DNA of 64,000 nucleotides from an uncultured Sutterella sp. (GTDB lineage Bacteria; Pseudomonadota; Gammaproteobacteria; Burkholderiales; Burkholderiaceae_F): NCBI GenBank assembly GCA_900544345.1, contig UQUR01000002.1, positions 47,160 to 111,159 of the forward strand, read 5' to 3'. Shown piece by piece: positions 60,017 to 64,000 of this stretch (position 1 is its first letter; each line of letters starts with the position of its first letter). The notes under the pieces were generated by a model. It saw only the letters and a program-made list of their open reading frames with translations, ran no database searches and was not told where the DNA came from. The position numbers and the translations under genes were made by a program.

Positions 60017-62041
60017 TTAATGATTAATCGCTTTCTTAGCGGCTTCAACGACGCGATCCACGGTAAAGCCGAATTTTTCCCAAAGAACGCCGGCCGGAGC
60101 AGACTCGCCAAACGTGTCAATGCCGACCACTTCACCGTTCTTAACGTACTTGTACCATAAGCCCGTGACAGAAGCTTCGATGGCAACCTTGGGAGCATCG
60201 GTCAAAATGGCACGCTGTTCTTCACAAGACAGTTTATCGAAAAGTTCTGTGCAAGGCATAGAAACAACACGTGTACCGATTCCCATTTCTTCAAGCGCCT
60301 CGCGAGCCTTAACGGCAAGAGGCACCTCAGAGCCCGTTGCAATCAAAACGCAGTCAACGCTGCCGGCTCCCTTGCCAGACTCCTTCATCACGTAAGCGCC
60401 GGCGTGCAGAGCTTTCTTTGCATCACACACGACTTCTTCTGCGTCACGGGCAATAAATTCAATGTTTTGACGAGAGCCGATAATGATTGAAGGCGTATGG
60501 CGCGATTCAACGGCACTTTGCCAGGCCACCAGCGCTTCCACCGTATCACAGGGGCGCCACACATTTAAGTTCGGAATCAAACGCAAGCTCGGGATGTGCT
60601 CGACAGACTGATGTGTCGGTCCGTCTTCACCCAAGCCGATTGAATCGTGCGTGAAGACAAAGATGGAGCGCTGTTTCATGAGCGCAGCCATACGAATGGC
60701 GTTACGGGAATAATCCGAGAAAGTGAGGAACGTTGCACTAAAGGGAATAAAGCCGCCATACAAAGCGATACCGTTTTGAATGGCAGACATACCGAATTCA
60801 CGGACACCGTAATTGATGTGACGACCCAAATATGTGTTGGGACGCATTGCTTCGACACCGGTCCAATTCGTGAGGTTAGAACCCGTGAGATCAGCCGAGC
60901 CTCCTAAAAGACCGGGCAAATGCGGTGCAAAAGCATTGAGCGCTTTTTGGCTGGCTTTACGTGTTGCTACTGTTTCCTGAGCTTGGGCCGCAGCGTCAAT
61001 GGCTTTTTGCATCACTTCTTCAAAATCTTGCGGCAAATCACCCTTCAGACGGCGAAGAAGTTCACGACTTAAGTCCGGATAGGCTTCAGCATACCGGGCA
61101 AACATGGCTTCGTATTCGCTTTGAAGTTTTTGACCGGCCTCTCTGGCATTCATGGCGTCGTAGATTTCCTGCGGAATCACAAAGGGATCCCACTTCCAGC
61201 CCAAAGCCTCACGGGTGAGCTTAAGCTCTTCTTCACCCAAAGCCTCACCGTGCACTTTGCTGGTTCCCTGACGGTTGGGAGAGCCTTTACCGATCACCGT
61301 ACGGGCAATGATCAAAGTCGGCTTATCCTGACTTTCCTTAGCTTCGGCAATCGCACGGTCCATCGCGTCAATGTCATGGCCGTCGACCGGTCCGATAACA
61401 TTCCAACCGTAAGATTCAAAACGTTCACGGGTATTGTCAGAGAACCAATTGATGACTTTGCCGTCAATGGAAATGCCGTTGTCATCATAAATGACGATAA
61501 GCTTATTGAGTTTCCAGGTACCGGCCAGAGAGCAGACTTCGTGGCTGATGCCTTCCATGAGGCAGCCGTCACCCAAGAAGCAATAGGTGTAGTTGTCAAT
61601 CACGTCAAAGCCCGGGCGATTAAATTCAGCCGCAAGCATTCTCTCAGCCAAAGCCATGCCGACAGCGTTGCCGATGCCCTGACCCAAAGGACCGGTCGTC
61701 GTTTCAACGCCGGGCGTCACATCCACTTCAGGGTGACCCGGCGTTTTGCTGTGCCATTGACGGAAAGCCTTCAAATCCTCGATCGAAAGATCGTAGCCCG
61801 TCAGATGCAAAAGAGCATACTGAAGCATTGAGCCGTGACCGTTACTCAAAATAAAACGGTCCCGACCGATCCACTTCGGATCGCAAGGGTTGTGGCGCAA
61901 GTGCTTTGTCCAAAGGGCAACAGCAATATCGGCCATTCCCATGGGCATACCCGGGTGACCGGATTTGGCCTTTTGAACAGCATCCATTGCCAAAGCACGA
62001 ATGGCATTAGCCATCAACTGAGGAGTGACGCAAGAAGTCAT
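60017..62041 (-). CDS. tkt: Transketolase
   Basis: TPP-binding and pyrimidine-binding domain conservation (ANAIRALAMDAVQKAKSGHPG...). The start is taken at the ATG 62041; the ORF track's TTG 62053 adds 4 codons. Confidence 0.9.
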   Translation of the reverse strand: MTSCVTPQLMANAIRALAMDAVQKAKSGHPGMPMGMADIAVALWTKHLRHNPCDPKWIGRDRFILSNGHGSMLQYALLHLTGYDLSIEDLKAFRQWHSKTPGHPEVDVTPGVETTTGPLGQGIGNAVGMALAERMLAAEFNRPGFDVIDNYTYCFLGDGCLMEGISHEVCSLAGTWKLNKLIVIYDDNGISIDGKVINWFSDNTRERFESYGWNVIGPVDGHDIDAMDRAIAEAKESQDKPTLIIARTVIGKGSPNRQGTSKVHGEALGEEELKLTREALGWKWDPFVIPQEIYDAMNAREAGQKLQSEYEAMFARYAEAYPDLSRELLRRLKGDLPQDFEEVMQKAIDAAAQAQETVATRKASQKALNAFAPHLPGLLGGSADLTGSNLTNWTGVEAMRPNTYLGRHINYGVREFGMSAIQNGIALYGGFIPFSATFLTFSDYSRNAIRMAALMKQRSIFVFTHDSIGLGEDGPTHQSVEHIPSLRLIPNLNVWRPCDTVEALVAWQSAVESRHTPSIIIGSRQNIEFIARDAEEVVCDAKKALHAGAYVMKESGKGAGSVDCVLIATGSEVPLAVKAREALEEMGIGTRVVSMPCTELFDKLSCEEQRAILTDAPKVAIEASVTGLWYKYVKNGEVVGIDTFGESAPAGVLWEKFGFTVDRVVEAAKKAINH

Positions 62042-62387
62042 TTTTCTAACCAAAAATAAAAGGACAAAAATACTTAATAGACAAAGAAAACTTTGTCCGG
62101 CTCAAACAATTAGATTGTACTGTAATTAGCCGATGAGTCGACGTTTTTTCTAATCTTTTTTTCCACTTTAGTACCTGATCCAAACGCTTTTTTTGGTATT
62201 CGGCCAATAAGGAAAAATCCCTAGGTGTTTTCGTGGAGCTTCTAAGTAGTTTGGCGTAGTATCTTTGTCGGCCGATTTTGCTCGACCGATCGGCAGAACC
62301 GATCTGAACATTATGAGGAGTTTTACCACAAGTTCCGTAAAGCCTCGGCATTAATGCGGGGATATAAGGATCGCCGATTTTAATCGG

Positions 62388-62799
62388 CTATTGAGGCATA
62401 TTCTGCTGCTCAATATACTGCTTAATGATCGATAGCGGTGCACCTCCACAGCTGGCTGCAAAGTACGATGGTGACCACAGTGCTCCTTTCCATAGTTGTT
62501 TTTGAATACTCTCATGGCCCATGCGTCGAATCATTCGACTGGATACTCCCTTGAGACTGTTAACCAGTTTCGCTACAGAGACTTTTGGCGGATACCTCAC
62601 CAATAAATGCACGTGATCATTTTCTCCATCAAACTCTACCAGCTCACTTTCAAAATCCTGACACACTGAATCAAAGGTATCCCTTATCCGCAAGGATTTC
62701 TTTCGTAAAGACTTTCCGTCTGTATTTTGTCACGAAGACCAAGTGCACATGCATCTGAAATACACAGTGCCTGCCATGCCGAATTTCAGATTCACTCAT
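62388..62799 (-). pseudogene. tnpA: IS200/IS605 Y1 (HuH) transposase TnpA, interrupted by a frameshift
   Basis: The N-terminal piece MSESEIRHGRHCVFQMHVHLVFVTKYRRKVFTKEIL... carries the HuH motif HVHLV and stops at 62671. The C-terminal piece ...RIRDTFDSVCQDFESELVEFDGENDHVHLLV...GALWSPSYFAASCGGAPLSIIKQYIEQQ carries the catalytic Tyr region and is in the +1 frame. The break maps to about 62680..62695 and is consistent with a 1-nt insertion near CTTGCGG. Confidence 0.7.
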
Positions 62800-62838
62800 C
62801 TTGAATTCTCCCATATAGACCAAGTACAATTCTATCTC

Positions 62839-64000
62839 ATGTTGTTTCGCCAAGGTTTTCTCTTTAAGCTTAAACCCAACGGCCGTCAGGCACAATTAAT
62901 GTCTCGCTTTGCCGGCTGTTGCCGCTTTGTTTATAACAAGGGCTTAAGCTGGGCAAAAGAACAGTACGAAAAGAAAACCGGTCAACATCCCTCCTACAAA
63001 AATCTTTCTGCTTTATTGCCTGATTGGAAAAAAGATCCTGAAACGCTTTGGTTGTCTGAGTGCTACTCACAGTGCCTTCAGCAATCCATGAAGGATCTTT
63101 CCCGAGCGTATGCCAATTTCTTTTCGGGTCGAGCTGCATTTCCCGTATTTCACAGAAAGTTTGGATCATCAGACGGATTCCGTTATCCGCAGGGATTTAA
63201 AATCGATGAAACAGGTAAACAAATCTATTTGCCCGGTATCGGTTTTGTGAAGTACAGACGAAGCCGCTATATCGAAGGGAAAGCGAAAAATATCACCGTC
63301 ATTCGAAAAGCTGACGGTTGGTATGTCTCGGTTCAAACAGAATATGAAAAAGACATCCCTAAGCATGACGGTGATGAAGAAGGGATGGATATGGGAGTGG
63401 GGTGGTTTTGCACGCTCTCGGACGGAACACAGATTGCTCCGTGCAATGCGTTAAAAAAGCACTTAAAGAAATTGGCGCAATTGCAAAGGGCATTATCGAG
63501 AAAGGAGAAATTCAGCAGTAATTGGAAAAAAGCCCAAAGGAAGATCGCAAAGCTGCATCAGCGAATCGGCAATATTCGTCAGGACTTTATTAATAAAGTG
63601 GCGTTAGATTTGAGCAAAAAACACGCCGTGATCTACCGAGAAGACTTGAGAATAAAGAATATGACGGCCAGTGCTGCCGGAACGATAGAAGAACCGGGGC
63701 AGAATGTTGCGCAGAAAAGTGGCTTAAACCGAGCGATATTGGATCAAGGCTGGGGAAAGTTTTTCCAACGACTGCAGTGGAAGTGTGAACAAAGGGGCGG
63801 AATTGTCATTAAGGTGGCACCTCAATACACTTCCCGGACTTGTCCGATATGTGGGCATGAGTCAAAAGAGAACCGAAAGAGCCAAGCAAGTTTTAAGTGT
63901 GTGGCTTGCGGTTATCAGGGCAATGCCGACATAGTGGGGGCAAGAAATATAAAGGTGCGCGGGCAGCGCATGTCGGCCTGTGGGGAGCTCGGCGAGGTAG
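62839..64000 (+). CDS. tnpB: IS605-family TnpB (OrfB; RuvC-like RNA-guided endonuclease), 3'-truncated by the window end
   Basis: Absent from the supplied ORF track because it has no stop codon inside the window. The frame from the ATG 62839 is open to 64000 (387 codons): MLFRQGFLFKLKPNGRQAQLMSRFAGCCRFVYNKGL... It includes RuvC-like segments and a zinc finger (TCPICGHE...FKCVACGYQGNADIVGARNI), which is the typical TnpB architecture. Confidence 0.8.
   Translation, partial: MLFRQGFLFKLKPNGRQAQLMSRFAGCCRFVYNKGLSWAKEQYEKKTGQHPSYKNLSALLPDWKKDPETLWLSECYSQCLQQSMKDLSRAYANFFSGRAAFPVFHRKFGSSDGFRYPQGFKIDETGKQIYLPGIGFVKYRRSRYIEGKAKNITVIRKADGWYVSVQTEYEKDIPKHDGDEEGMDMGVGWFCTLSDGTQIAPCNALKKHLKKLAQLQRALSRKEKFSSNWKKAQRKIAKLHQRIGNIRQDFINKVALDLSKKHAVIYREDLRIKNMTASAAGTIEEPGQNVAQKSGLNRAILDQGWGKFFQRLQWKCEQRGGIVIKVAPQYTSRTCPICGHESKENRKSQASFKCVACGYQGNADIVGARNIKVRGQRMSACGELGEV

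Larger units (their letters stand above)
62260..64000. mobile_element. IS200/IS605-family insertion sequence (partial; right end beyond the window) with divergent tnpA (frameshifted) and tnpB, inserted upstream of tkt
   Basis: HuH Y1 transposase fragments on the minus strand and a long TnpB-like frame on the plus strand. Subterminal hairpins lie just past the tnpA stop (GCCGATtttaATCGGC at 62373..62388; GCCGATtttgctcgaccGATCGGC at about 62271..62294). The left boundary is approximate. Confidence 0.7.

Noticed and set aside
59365-60027. 220-aa plus-strand ORF antisense to gap, with similar shorter ones at 59101..59307 and 59201..59401
   Set aside because: They overlap the well-supported GAPDH gene on the opposite strand and show no recognisable domains.
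1-64000. CRISPR arrays, rRNA genes and integrases
   Set aside because: No regularly spaced direct repeats, no rRNA-like conserved blocks, and no tyrosine or serine recombinase ORFs were found. The only mobile-element genes are the IS605 tnpA and tnpB at the 3' end. I did not look systematically for tRNA genes.

Overview
The window is a gene-dense chromosomal region that looks proteobacterial and probably betaproteobacterial. The evidence for that is a Bug/TctC-family binding protein, an FNR–hemN pair, zapB–zapA–ygfB, glnE divergent from yhdP, and tkt–gap. Several genes point to an anaerobic lifestyle: fnr, hemN, dcuC, menB/menE and a HydG-type radical-SAM maturase. A Sutterellaceae-like host is my inference only.

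Most of the content is housekeeping: metC (partial), hemN, fnr, mltD, fabI, nadK, recN, fur, bamE, zapBA, mnmC, ettA, tcdA, Usp genes, ppk–ppx, hsp20, glnE, yhdP, tkt and gap.

Accessory or unusual content:
- An autotransporter whose start is out of frame because of a (C)7 tract, consistent with a phase-variable gene in the OFF state.
- A 47-codon C-terminal remnant of an outer-membrane beta-barrel gene inside a 720-bp AT-rich gap.
- An AAA+ ATPase fused to a nuclease-like domain, sitting next to a solo hydG and flanked by low-GC DNA.
- An orphan LuxR-type response regulator followed by a membrane protein, a Bug binding protein and menB–menE.
- Two paralogous M20 amidohydrolase plus transporter cassettes flanking bioA–bioD and an EamA transporter.
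- A partial IS200/IS605 element at the 3' end, with a frameshifted tnpA and an apparently intact tnpB that runs off the window. The supplied ORF track missed tnpB for that reason.

I found no rRNA or CRISPR arrays. I did not look systematically for tRNA genes.
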